Positions 13,705-25,020 of a stretch of DNA of 64,000 nt are shown here, one piece after another. Numbering within the stretch: position 1 is the first letter of the stretch; the number at the start of each line of letters is the position of its first letter. Origin of the DNA: Eledone cirrhosa (lineage: Eukaryota); the NCBI GenBank assembly GCA_964016885.1, contig OZ024756.1, positions 19,530,001 to 19,594,000 of the forward strand, given 5' to 3'. The position numbers and the translations under genes were made by a program. The notes under the pieces were generated by a model. That model was given only the letters and a program-made list of their open reading frames with translations, made no database searches and had not been told where the DNA came from.

Positions 13705-13884
13705 GGATTGGCAGTATCGGTAGAGGGTCGGACGCCATGCTTTGACGCATAGAGTTACGGCCCTTGCCATACTGAGTTCAAATCCCGCCGAGGTTAACTT
13801 TGCCTTTCATCCTTAAGGGGTCGATAAAATAAAGTACCAGTAATGTACTGGGTAATTGCTGGCCTTGTGCCAAAAGTAGAAACA
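13705..13884 (+). mobile_element. tRNA-derived SINE family A, near full-length copy (more than 20 copies or fragments in the window)
   Basis: A-box-like tggcagtatcgg, B-box gagttcaaatcc, conserved core aactttgcctttcatcctt...gggtcgataaaataaagtaccag, and a 13-bp TSD attatttcacaca (13692-13704 / 13885-13897). Other copies lie at about 2010-2420, 22230-22480, 30345-30460, 36672-36865, 38008-38460, 42736-42922, 43556-43850, 49370-49820, 55360-55590 and 62525-62670. Confidence 0.9.
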
Positions 13885-14649
13885 ATTATTTCACACAAGG
13901 TGATGTATTCTCACTTCAGTGATGAATATAATAATTTACAGAACAGCCGTTCTACTCTATTAGTTGAATCTACAAAGAATACGGTGAAATTCCGTTATAA
14001 TGAAAAGTCACGGGGTTTAAAAAAAATTTCTTGTAACGAAAAATTCTTTATAACGAGATTGAACCTGTGGCTGGGGATTGAAAAAAATTACATTATACTG
14101 AAAAATTTGTTATAACGGAATTTTACCTGTATATGAAAACCAAATTTGTATTACACCTAATTTTGTCTTTGGAGTTCCATACTGTCAGTGTTGGACTTAC
14201 CTATAAGCTAACTAAGCTATAACTTAGTGTCACACACACCCTCGGGGGTCTTATTTATTAAAAATATATTTTCATTCTACCATTCTTTAACACTAAAATC
14301 ATCAAAAATTATATATACATTATTTATTCTTAATCATTAACATTAATCATCATCAATCATCATATAAAAAATAATTATATTTTCTTAGAGAAGGGCCTCA
14401 AATTTCATCTGACCCTGCATACTGTATAATAAAATTAGAATATATAAAAAGTTATTTTCTTTATTTTTGTTTCTAAGATTATTGTATTATTTAATATATA
14501 ATTGATAACATTTATAAAATATATTTAAAAAAATATATATATATATTTACAAAAATCACAAGTTTCGGTTATTTCTAGACAACTGTCTGTGCACATGTGT
14601 ACAAAAGGGAGGAAAACAAAACAGAAATAAAAGGACTTAGTTAACTTAC

Positions 14650-15000
14650 CGGTGCCGGAGGAACAGCAGGCAGCATTCTGGTGACCTCTGACTTGGCTAC
14701 GGCCCGATTTGTTGGCAGGCTCAAATCATCTTCAGCGTCTGTAAAGTCATCTCCACTATCGACCACTAAGCCATCGTTCTGTCCCAGTAAATTGTCACCC
14801 TGTCCTAGTAAAACTGGGTCTGCTAAGTTATGGTAGTCCGTGTCAGGGTCTAAGTTTGGGTCGGTCTCATGGTCTAAGTGGCTGTTTATCGTGTTCAACA
14901 AAGATGGGCCTAGATCGGGGCTGGAAGAAGGAGAGTTGTTGGGTGGATTGCACTCTTTCTCCCTGCTGCTTGTACTGTCACTGCTCGAGACAGATGCCAT
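14650..15000 (-). CDS. First coding exon of an unidentified protein-coding gene (117 codons, acidic/Ser-rich, probably disordered N-terminus MASVSSSDSTSSREKEC...LPAVPPAP)
   Basis: Non-repetitive, GC-richer ORF. The ATG is in a strong Kozak context (acagccATGg) and the exon ends at CCG|GTAAGT (GT at 14649-14648, phase 0). An upstream acceptor with a polypyrimidine tract (ttttcttttctttttcaag|g, AG 15303-15302) gives a full exon 15301..14650 with about 300 nt of 5'UTR. Product not recognised. Confidence 0.75.
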
Positions 15001-15380
15001 GGCTGTCTTCTTGTGTAAAAGTGACCTATGAAGCAAATGGTTCTTCTACCTTCAACTTGTGTCTTGTATTTCTTATCTGAGACAGTTTTTGTCTAAACAC
15101 ATGGCTTCATAAATGGACTCTGAAAGCAACAGTGAAAATATTCCTAAGCAAGGGCAGCATACAGTATCACGTGCTAAGACTGTAAATTTATGATAAATCC
15201 AAAATGTTTTGCTTGTTTGTTTGTTTTAATTATTAACTGTTCAATAGAAAAATGAAGTCCAAGGTTTACTTGTTAATCCAATATGGCATTCTGATTGGAA
15301 CCTTGAAAAAGAAAAGAAAGAAAAATAGCTAAGTGGAAAAAAATCAATCGCTATAAGCACAGTCAACATTAAAACACTAA

Positions 15381-15601
15381 CTCTTTAGCATTTAAACCGG
15401 TTGTATCCGGCCAGAATTCTCTCACCTCTTTCAGTTCAAACCGACCATAACCAGCTGCTCATACTGATGTTAAGGTATTGTTCTCAAAATAAATAATATC
15501 AAAATCTCATGGATTCGATACTATTTGGGATAATTATGAGAGGTAAAGCCTTTACCATGAAAATATAATAATAAATATAGAATAAGGTAAATGCTAAAGG
15601 G
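15381..15601. mobile_element. piggyBac-like MITE family 1 copy
   Basis: ctctttagcattta...taaatgctaaaggg-TTAA, with the same internal sequence as 43177-43384. Confidence 0.8.
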
Positions 15602-15922
15602 TTAAAAATCAACCTGTTTCCCAAAACCAGCTCTGGATCCATGAAACAAAACTAACCCTTTTAAAGGGTTCCTATTTAAATTTAAATCTTCCAACATGAT
15701 TTGATATGAGAACCTTTTGTTAAATTATATTACAAAATACTATCTCAATAATGAAATAATTTATATTATTTTAGTGGTAACATCTGATGGAGTTGTTAGG
15801 GTGCTGTACTGACATACAGCGTTTTTAGGGCATTTTAAACCCTAATCCAGAGAGGACTAAATAAGGGTTGTGTGTGTGTGTGCATGAGTGTATATAAACC
15901 TGTAGAGCAAATATTTATTATC

Positions 15923-16028
15923 AGCATAGATTAAAAGTTTAAGTAAACAATTTCTGTTTTCATTCTAAAGTGGGATCCTGCTTTAGGGTGAAAGCAGAAA
16001 TTCTTTGCTTAAACTTTTAATCTATGCT
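15923..16028. repeat. Imperfect palindrome, 53-bp arms
   Basis: Centred on ggatcc (15973-15978). As plus-strand RNA it has 46 Watson-Crick pairs, 6 G-U pairs and 1 C-C mismatch. Confidence 0.9.
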
Positions 16029-16423
16029 AATAGTGTGTGTGTGCATGTGTGTACTCATGAGTCAACGGCCATCCAGAAATGTGTAAATATGTATATACAT
16101 ATGTAAATACAGGTATATGCAAATGTATATATATGCGCGGGGACATAGAAATAATCGGGCTGGATAGCCGATCACGTGGTTAAACCACTGGGAGTGAAGG
16201 ACCCCTAGCCTTTGTCAGGGCATTCTTCTAGGAAACTGGGATAACTCCGACATAAAACCTGCGGCTCAGTAGTTACTGATGATGTTGATCTTTTCTTCTT
16301 TTCGGGTTATAGCTACTGTCGCTCAGAGAGTGGAATTAGCTCAGTGCACAGTCTTTCCTCACTTTAAAAAAATCTCCATGCACAGGCAATGCACGATAGC
16401 ATTAATTGATAATTATTAATAAT

Positions 16424-16608
16424 TGTTTCTACTTTAGGCACAAGGCCAGCAATTACCCAGTTCATTACTGGTACTTTATTTTATCGACCCCGTAAGGATG
16501 AAAGGCAAAGTCAACCTCGGCGGGATTTGAACTCAGATCGTAAAGGGACGTAACTATGCTGGAAAGTATGGCGTCCGACCCTCTACCGATACTGCCAATC
16601 CACCGCCC
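16424..16608 (-). mobile_element. SINE family A, full-length, 18-bp TSD
   Basis: TSD ttgataattattaataat at 16406-16423 and 16609-16626. It is inserted into an older dispersed repeat (about 16150-16670) related to 35845-36185. Confidence 0.9.
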
Positions 16609-16673
16609 TTGATAATTATTAATAATGTTATATCGTGCAATGGCCATACTCGATAACGAGGAGGCAGCCATCA

Positions 16674-16706
<33 letters not shown>

Positions 16707-17882
16707 GCAAAAGGTAAACAGAAATAACAACGCAAATGACATAGTACAATGAAGAAATATTTTAGTTTTATGCTGGATATAGTAGGAAAAGAGTCATAAC
16801 ATTTTGTATGCTAGTCCATTATCAGAAAATAGAATGAGGAATTAAAGAAGAAATAGAAAGATAGAAGAGGAAGCAGTGGCAGAAATGAAAAAAAAAGAAA
16901 ATTTTCTTTGAGAAAAAACAGGTCTATTCAGGATGCCATCTTTTAACTGCAAAAATCAGACAGAAGTAGAGGAATAGACAAATAAGGAATGAGAAGAAAA
17001 CAGTACAGAATGTAGGTATGGATCCTAAAAAAAAGATAACAATACAAAAGGGAACTTACATGAAATAACAGGGTGGTGACAAAACAAATACATGAATGTT
17101 CTATATATAAATAAAACAATATGTGACGAAGAATGGATTGGTCAGTTAGATCAATAGACACAAAAAAAGTCAAGACACAGAATGAGTGACATGGAAGAGA
17201 AATCAGATACTCTCAGCACAATAATGGTTGGCGAGATAGTCTGGAGTGTGTGATATCAGCAAGTTCAGTGGTCCAGATATTAGAGTCACTCATTGGAGGG
17301 GGAGATATAATAGGAGGTGGGGTAATTTGTCACATTGAATACCTTTACGGCAAACAAAAACTGTTGGCGAGTCAGTGAAAAAGCCTGCGCTTGAACTTTG
17401 TGGTGTCAGCAAGTTGTAGGGTCAAGATAATAAAGTCGCTTATCAGAGGAGATATGATAGATAGGGAACTTGCCACGTTAAGTAACTTTACAGCAAAAAG
17501 TGTTGGTGAGCCAGTGAAAAAACCCGCACCTGAACAGTTGAAAGGACAAGAGAATAGGGTCACATGTTAGAAGAGGAAGTATAGAAAGATATGGAAAGCG
17601 GGAGAATGTAGAGAGCATGTGAGACACACAATTGAAAAACTGGTATTTCAACTTAGTGGGGTCTTAAATTTAATGCAATCAGCCACATATACACGTATAT
17701 ATGTATATATACATATATATATATACATATATATATGTATATATCTATATGTAAACATATATATACATGTAAATATATATATATACATATATAAATGTAG
17801 GAGGTGAGTTTTATTGTAGTACAATAAAGCAATGCAGATATCGGATAAGAAGCACTCTACAGTTTGTGGGACTGGAGTATGC

Positions 17883-17944
17883 ATAATATAAGATCAAAAG
17901 ATGGTTAAAGGAACTCCTTTAACCATCTTTTGATCTTATATTAT
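17883..17944. repeat. Perfect palindrome, 30-bp arms, 2-nt loop
   Basis: ataatataagatcaaaagatggttaaagga AC tcctttaaccatcttttgatcttatattat, part of an element also present at 62176-62435. Confidence 0.9.
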
Positions 17945-18304
17945 ATACATATATATATACATATATATATATATGTATATACATATATATATATGTATAT
18001 ATCTATATGTAAACATATATATACATGTAAATATATATATATACATATATATATACATATATATATATGTATGTACATATATATATATGTATATATCTAT
18101 ATGTAAACATATATATACATGTAAATATATATATATACATATATATATATGTATATATCTATATGTAAACATATATATACATGTAAATATATATATATAT
18201 ACATATATATATACATATATATATATATATACATACATATATATATACATGTAAATATATATATATACATATATATATATATACATATAAATATATATAT
18301 ATAC

Positions 18305-18483
<179 letters not shown>

Positions 18484-18774
18484 CATATATATATACATGT
18501 AAATATATATATATACATACATATATATATACATATATATATATATACACATACATATATATATACATGTAAATATATATACATATATATATATACATAC
18601 ATACATATATATATATACATACATATATATATATATACATGTAAATATATATGTATGTATATATATATATACATGTAAATATATATATACATACATATAT
18701 ATATATACATGTAAATATATATATACATATATATGTAAACATATATATACATATACATATATATGTAAACATAT

Positions 18775-19066
18775 AGGACTGGGGTCCCTATCATTCCACT
18801 GCAAAGTGGTTGTAGAGGTGCCACGGCAAAAAAGCACCCAGCCCACACTGTAAAGTGGACGTGTAGGTGCCACGGAAAAAAAGCACCCAGCACTCACTGT
18901 AAATGAGGTTGGTGTTGGGAAGGGCATCCAGCTGTAGAAATCAAGCCAGAATCAGTTCCCGTATGAGCAAGGCATGGTCAGCCGACCGGACACTGCCCAC
19001 AACAGGACAATCCGTCTAACCCATGCTAGCGTTGAAGAACGGACATAAAAACGGTGATGATGATGA
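18775..19066 (+). mobile_element. 5'-truncated SINE family B (3' part with RTE-like tail)
   Basis: Matches the 3' half of 63373-63713 and ends ...ctaacccatgctagcgttgaagaacggacataaaa(cggt)gatgatgatga. Confidence 0.75.
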
Positions 19067-19444
19067 TATATATGTAAAAATATATATATATATATACATA
19101 CATATATATATATGTATATATGTAAATACATATATATACATATATATGTAAATACATATATATACATACATATATACATGTAAATACATATACATATACA
19201 TACATATACATACATACATATATTCATACATACATATATATATTCATACATACATATATATATACATACATATACATATATATATACATACATATACATA
19301 TATATACATACATATACATATATATATACATACATATACATATATATATATACATACATATACATATATATATATACATACATATACATATATATATACA
19401 TACATATACATATATATATACATACATATACATATATATATACA

Positions 19445-19475
<31 letters not shown>

Positions 19476-19751
19476 ACATACATATACATATATATATACA
19501 TACATATACACATATACATATATATATACATACATATACACATATATATACATACATATACATATACATACATATACATATACATACATATATATATACA
19601 TACATATACATATATATATACATACATATACATATATATATACATATACACATATACATATATACATACATATATATATACATACATACATATACACACA
19701 CACACACACACACATATACATTCATATAAACACTATTCAGACTATATATAT

Positions 19752-19783
<32 letters not shown>

Positions 19784-19925
19784 CAAGAATGGCTAACCTA
19801 CTGGTAGAGATTTATCAACGAGGCCCCAACTAGGTCAAAGTAAAAACACTCTCGTCAAATATACTCTCTGTACAATTTAATATCTATTCTTATAAATTGT
19901 GTAAAACCCATTTGCTGTATGATGT

Positions 19926-21640
19926 AATGACCTCGTTGAGGGCAGCATGGCGTGGAATGCGGCCAGCACTGTGGCGACAGGAAAGTGGGTGGAGGCCGAA
20001 AGAGTCCACGGTGGAACCGCAGTGACATTAGTGTGGCTGGCAGATCCGGAGGCCGATTCTCAGGCTATGGTTGTCTAGCTGCGTGCCAGTGGAGAAGGAG
20101 GGCAGTGCATGGAGCCAGGTACCACTGTGGGGTTTGGAGGCCGCACGAAAACAAGCAAGGCGGTGCTGTCGAGCTGGCGCGTGAGCCTGTCTGAGGCCAG
20201 GCTGCACTGGATGGCATCCCAAGTGCGTTGGGGGTGGAGAAGGAGGAGGGACGTCCCAGCCGGTCCCACGTCTCACAGGTGGCCTCACGTTCTCTGAACT
20301 CAGAGAGTTCTATTGTGTTTTGAAGAACCCTGCTGACGAGGACGCGGCACGAGGTTACCGACGAAAGATACGCCGGCAAAGCTAGTGAGATCGGAGACCG
20401 GAAGCTAAGGCCGCAATACCTGACAGGTAAAGTGGCCTGTTGCCACCCTATGTCGTCAAACTTGACGTTGTATATCCCCTCGGCTGCTGCTCGGATACAA
20501 GTATCGAGGTCAGCGAGGAGACATGTCTGGGTGTAGCACGGAGAGCTGCGGAATGTTTAGAGGAGCTTCGACATGGCGAAGCAGTTCCTCAGCAGAAAGA
20601 TAGCTGGGTGGCCGTCAATCAAGCCCAGTCGGTTCGTGAGCGTCTGGAGCTGTTGAAGCCTGGACCTGATGGTGGAGCGGATGGCCGGCGGGTGGATCGG
20701 TGACCCGAAGATGAGGACATCCTCTTTGGGGGTCACCTGAACCTGGCGGAGATTGGACCGCAAGACGGAGGCTGCAAAGCTTGCAGCATCAAGGCTGACA
20801 TTCACCACCTCTGACTTGGCCGATTCCCGCCAGGGCAAGAACCACCGATTGAAGGTCATGGCAGACCGTCCGAACGGGCCCACCCAATGTAGCATCATCC
20901 AGATACCAAACGTTGAGAGGGGCCGTGATACTCCGGGCGATGTGGTCAATACCAAGGGGGAACAGGAGGGGTCCCAAAGGGTCACCCTGTTGGATCGCAG
21001 TAGCCAAGGGTATGACTGCATCAGCAGCAAGGTGCATGCTCGGGGCTCCATATGACAGGTAGGCCAGCGGGTAGGCAGAGGGGGCTCGGCTGAGGCAGGC
21101 CTCGAGCAGATGATCCCGGCGTAAAGAGTTGAAGGCATTCCTCATGTCAAGCTTGACAATGAGGTGCCTGGAGGCCGGTTCCGATGGGCAGCTGCTGAAG
21201 AACTGCCTGGTTGCATGAGCGGCCCCCTCACAGCCACCGGACACACCGACACCCAGTTGCACTGGACTAAACTCCTCACCCAGTTTGTGTGTTACGGACT
21301 TGCAGATCACTTTGGCAGCCAGCCTCTGGAAGACATTGCCCACAGCAATGGGGCGTATGCCACCCTATTTCTTCCTGAGAGCGGTGAGGCTGGCCGAAAA
21401 AAAGAGGCCGCGGGCGTAAGGGTCCAGGGCACCATGGATGAGCCTATTGGTGAGAGCCACAATTGCACACAGAAGGCGGCGCCCGGCCTCAGCGGAGGGG
21501 GGGGGGGGGTCGTCATCTCCTTGAGGTGGCTTGGTCAGAGACCATCAACACCTCCGCAGCTGCTAGCTGGGAAGGACCTGATGGCGGACATGTCTGCATC
21601 AGTAGCCACAAGGAGCAAGTAAGGGTCGGGCGGGGGTATG
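19926..21640 (-). mobile_element. CRE-like (RLE-type) non-LTR retrotransposon, RT and Zn-knuckle part, pseudogenised and inverted
   Basis: RT motifs LRKK*GGIRPIAVGN, QLGVG..GGCEGAAHA, KLDMRNAFNSL, QQGDPLGPLLF and WYLDD, plus a C-terminal [22 protein letters not shown]. There is an in-frame stop and frameshifts. The segment is GC-rich relative to its flanks. Confidence 0.85.
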
Positions 21641-21644
21641 GGTC

Positions 21645-21970
21645 TGAGGGCCAGATGGCATGACCATCTTCCCGTTCCGCGGTGGCAAACCCCTCATCTG
21701 GGATGCCACTTGCACCGACAGGTTTGCGGTCGTACCCCTGGCAGTGGAGACTTCTGGTGTCCTCGGCCCCAGGGCTACCTCCTTACTCACCACCATAGGC
21801 GCTGAGCTGGCCAGCCGCAGGTGTGAGCCCCGCGAGTTGGAGTGGCTTTTCCAGCGCGTCTCCCTTGCCGTCCTCCGGGGAAACGCCTTCTCCATTCTGT
21901 CCACCGGGACTGTGGGTGGGCCCCATCGTGTACTGTTGTTGTATACAGATATACGCTGTAGTAGAAGCTG
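21645..21970 (+). mobile_element. CRE-like element 3' end (restriction-like endonuclease domain and 3'UTR)
   Basis: PDGMTIFPFRGGKPLIWDATCTD...VPLAVETSGVLG...QRVSLAVLRGNAFSIL is a typical RLE C-terminus. It is followed by (TA)n. Confidence 0.8.
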
Positions 21971-23039
21971 ATATATATATATATATGTCGTCTTCAATAT
22001 TAGAATGACAATCAAGATCTACAAATATTTATATTACACTGTATGATCATTCTAAATAACCTTCAGTCCTTAACAAGTGTAACAACAGTACACATGTCAT
22101 CCTATCTTGGTTTTATGTAATCTTGTTTGTTTAAGATGTAACATTACATAACATATCATCATCATCACAACAGTCGTTCTTTGTAACCCATCTGCTGTGT
22201 GATGATGATGATGATGATTTCACATTATAGCATGGTCTGAGTTCAAATCCCGCCGAGGTTAACGGGGGTTGATAAAATAAAGTACCAGTAATGTACTGGG
22301 GGTAATTACTGGCTTCTGCCAAAAGTAGAAACAATTATTACATAATGTCAGGGCGGTGGATTGGCAGTACAGGTAGAATATCAGACAATATGCTTTGTAG
22401 TATAGTGTTTCGGCCCTTTGCGTTCAGGGTCGATAAAATAAAGTGCCAGTAATGCACTGGAGTCGATTTAATTGACTCCCCCCCCCCCCAAATAAAAAGA
22501 ATAATAAAGTGATTAAAATTACTCTGAATACATGTTCATTGTATTATCACATGAAGAAGCAAAGAGACATCAAATGCCATTCACTTCAATCTCACCAATT
22601 CTAACCCTTTTGTTACTGCATTTCAAATGAAATAGTCATCATCATCATCATCATTACGGTATTTGTAACTTAAAAGGTTCCCATATCAAATTATGTTGGA
22701 AGATTTTAATTTATATATAAACCCTTTGAAATGGGTGGGTTTGTTTTGTAGAACCTTAGGCAACTTTGAGCTAGTTTCTATCAAAAAGGGTTTTAGAGCT
22801 GTATTTGACACTCTATCGGAAGGCCATGGGGAACTTAGATGTTGACCATAAGATTGTGTAAATAACAGAGGCATTATACAATAATTGTTTCTACTTTTGG
22901 CACAAGGCCAGCAATTACCCAATGCATTACTGGTACTTTATTCTATCGACCCCGGAAGGATGAAAGGCAAAGTTAACCTCGGCGGGAACAATAGTATCGG
23001 CTAATGTGTCAAGGTTATGGATGACCAGATGATGGATCA

Positions 23040-24065
23040 GTCCACTCTGTAAGATAGTTGTGTTGGTGACATGAAAAAAAAAGCATCCAGTACACCCTGT
23101 AAAGTGGTTGTGTTGGTGACACGACAAAAAGCAGCAAGTTGACCCTGTAAAGTGGTTGTGCTGGTGACACAATAAAAAATACCGTTCACCATGTAAGTTG
23201 GTTGTATTGGTGACACGACAAAAAGTACCCAGGCCACCCCGTAAGGTGGTTGCACTGGTGACAACAAAATGCAGTCAGTTCACCCTGTAAAGTGGTCAAG
23301 CTGGTGACACGACAAAAAGTACCCAGGCCACCCCGTAAGGTGGTTGCACTGGTGACAACAAAATGCAGTCAGTTCACCCTGTAAAGTGGTCAAGCTGGTG
23401 ACACGACAAAAAGTACCCAGGCCACCCCGTAAGGTGGTTGCACTGGTGACAACAAAATGCAGTCAGTTCACCCTGTAAAGTGGTCAAGCTGGTGACACGA
23501 CAAAAAGTACCCAGGCCACCCCGTAAGGTGGTTGCACTGGTGACAACAAAATGCAGTCAGTTCACCCTGTAAAGTGGTCAAGCTGGTGACATGACAAAAA
23601 GTACCCAGGCCACCCCGTAAGGTGGTTGCACTGGTGACAACAAAATGCAGTCAGTTCACCCTGTAAAGTGGTCAAGCTGGTGACACGATAAAAAGTACCC
23701 AGGCCACCCCGTAAGGTGGTTGCACTGGTGACAACAAAATGCAGTCAGTTCACCCTGTAAAGTGGTCATGCTGGTGACACGACAAAAAGCATCCAGTACA
23801 TTCTGTAAAGTGATCGTGCTGGTGACACAAGCAAAAGTACCCAGTTCACCCTGTAAGGTGGTTGTATAGGTGACAACAAAAAGTACCCAGTCCACCCTGT
23901 AAAGTGGTTGTACTAGTGACATGAAAAAAAGTACCCAGTGCACCCTGTAAGGTGGTTGTGCTGGTGTCACAAAAAATGCAGCCTGTTCACCCTGTAAAGG
24001 GGTTGTGCTGGTGACACAACAAAATGCAACCAGTCCACCCTGTAAAGTGATCATGGTGACACAAC
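23040..24065. repeat. Minisatellite of 46-48-bp monomers with a homogenised 94-bp dimer core
   Basis: Near-identical 94-bp units at about 23190-23770 are flanked by diverged monomers. The monomer resembles the SINE-B internal ggtgccacgg-aaaaaagcacccag-cactgtaaagtgg. Confidence 0.9.
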
Positions 24066-24129
24066 AAAAAAGAATTAGAGTTTGTTGTGAAAAAACTGAA
24101 ATATTTGGATGAAGTCTGGCATTCACTGA

Positions 24130-24470
24130 CTCTCCATCATCATTATTTTATGTCCACTTCTCTATTTTTTAATGATTGAATGGGTCCTTTGCAGCACAGC
24201 CCCTTTCCATTCATAGTATTTCTTTGTTATTTCCTGTGATGGGGTCAACATTTTCAGATCAGCTCTAACCACCTTATCCCAGGTTTTTCCCAGTCTTCTT
24301 CTACTGTAGCTTCCTTCCACTAGCATCTACTGGCATTTCTTCTCCAGTGCCAATCTTCCATACACATCACATGTCTGTACCAGTGCAATCTTCTCTTCTG
24401 TACACTACATATGATTCCCTATATACCCAGTTCATACTAACATTACACATCCAACAGAGCATACTCACTG
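24130..24470 (-). mobile_element. Decayed RTE LINE 3' fragment
   Basis: Minus-strand MLCWMCNVS...CSVQKRRLHWYRHVM...GKTWDKV parallels 57610-57879. Confidence 0.65.
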
Positions 24471-24514
24471 ACGACATGCCCTTTATATTCACATAAATTG
24501 AAAATATTCACTAA

Positions 24515-25020
24515 ACACCTGTGGCTAAGTGGTTTGAGAATTGGATTCACAATCATGAGGTTGTAAGTTCAATTCCCAGACTAGGCTGTGTGTTGTGTCC
24601 TTGAGCAAGACACTTTATTTCATGTTGCTCCAGTTCAGTTCACTCAGCTGTTGAAATGAGTTGCAACGTCACTGGTTCCAAACTGTATCGGTCATTGCCT
24701 TTTCCTTGGACATCATATGTAGTGTGTATATATATAGTGTACGTTGTGATGTCACTGGTTCCAAGATGTATTGGTCATTTCCTTTTCCTTGGATATGATA
24801 TATAATGTATATATAGTGTATGTTGTGACATCACTGATTCCAAGCTGTATCAGCCATTGCCTTTCCCTTGGACATCATCGGTGGAGTGGTGAGAGGAGAC
24901 ATCTATCCATGGGTGACTGCTGGTCTTTCACAAAAACACCTTGCCTGGACTTGTGCCTCAGAGAGGAGCTTTCTAGATGCAAATCCCATGGTCAATCATG
25001 ACTGAAAGGGGTCTTTACCC
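24515..25020 (+). mobile_element. tRNA-headed CORE-like SINE with internal triplication
   Basis: tggctaagtgg / agttcaattcc boxes and tgtgtccttgagcaagacacttt, with gtcactggttccaa...gtatcggtcattgccttttccttgga repeated three times. Confidence 0.7.

Noticed and set aside
14190-14215. Minus-strand TAG|GTAAGT as a recursive splice site
   Set aside because: The upstream pyrimidine tract is weak, so it cannot be distinguished from a chance donor motif.
17200-17680. Possible decayed Penelope GIY-YIG coding remnant (IEKLVFQLSGVLN)
   Set aside because: Only a short resemblance with many stops; not supportable without a search.
19833-19872. Relic hammerhead (caacga ggcc...ggtc aaa gt...ac tc) beside the CRE-like element
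   Set aside because: Both core boxes are mutated and stem I is absent.
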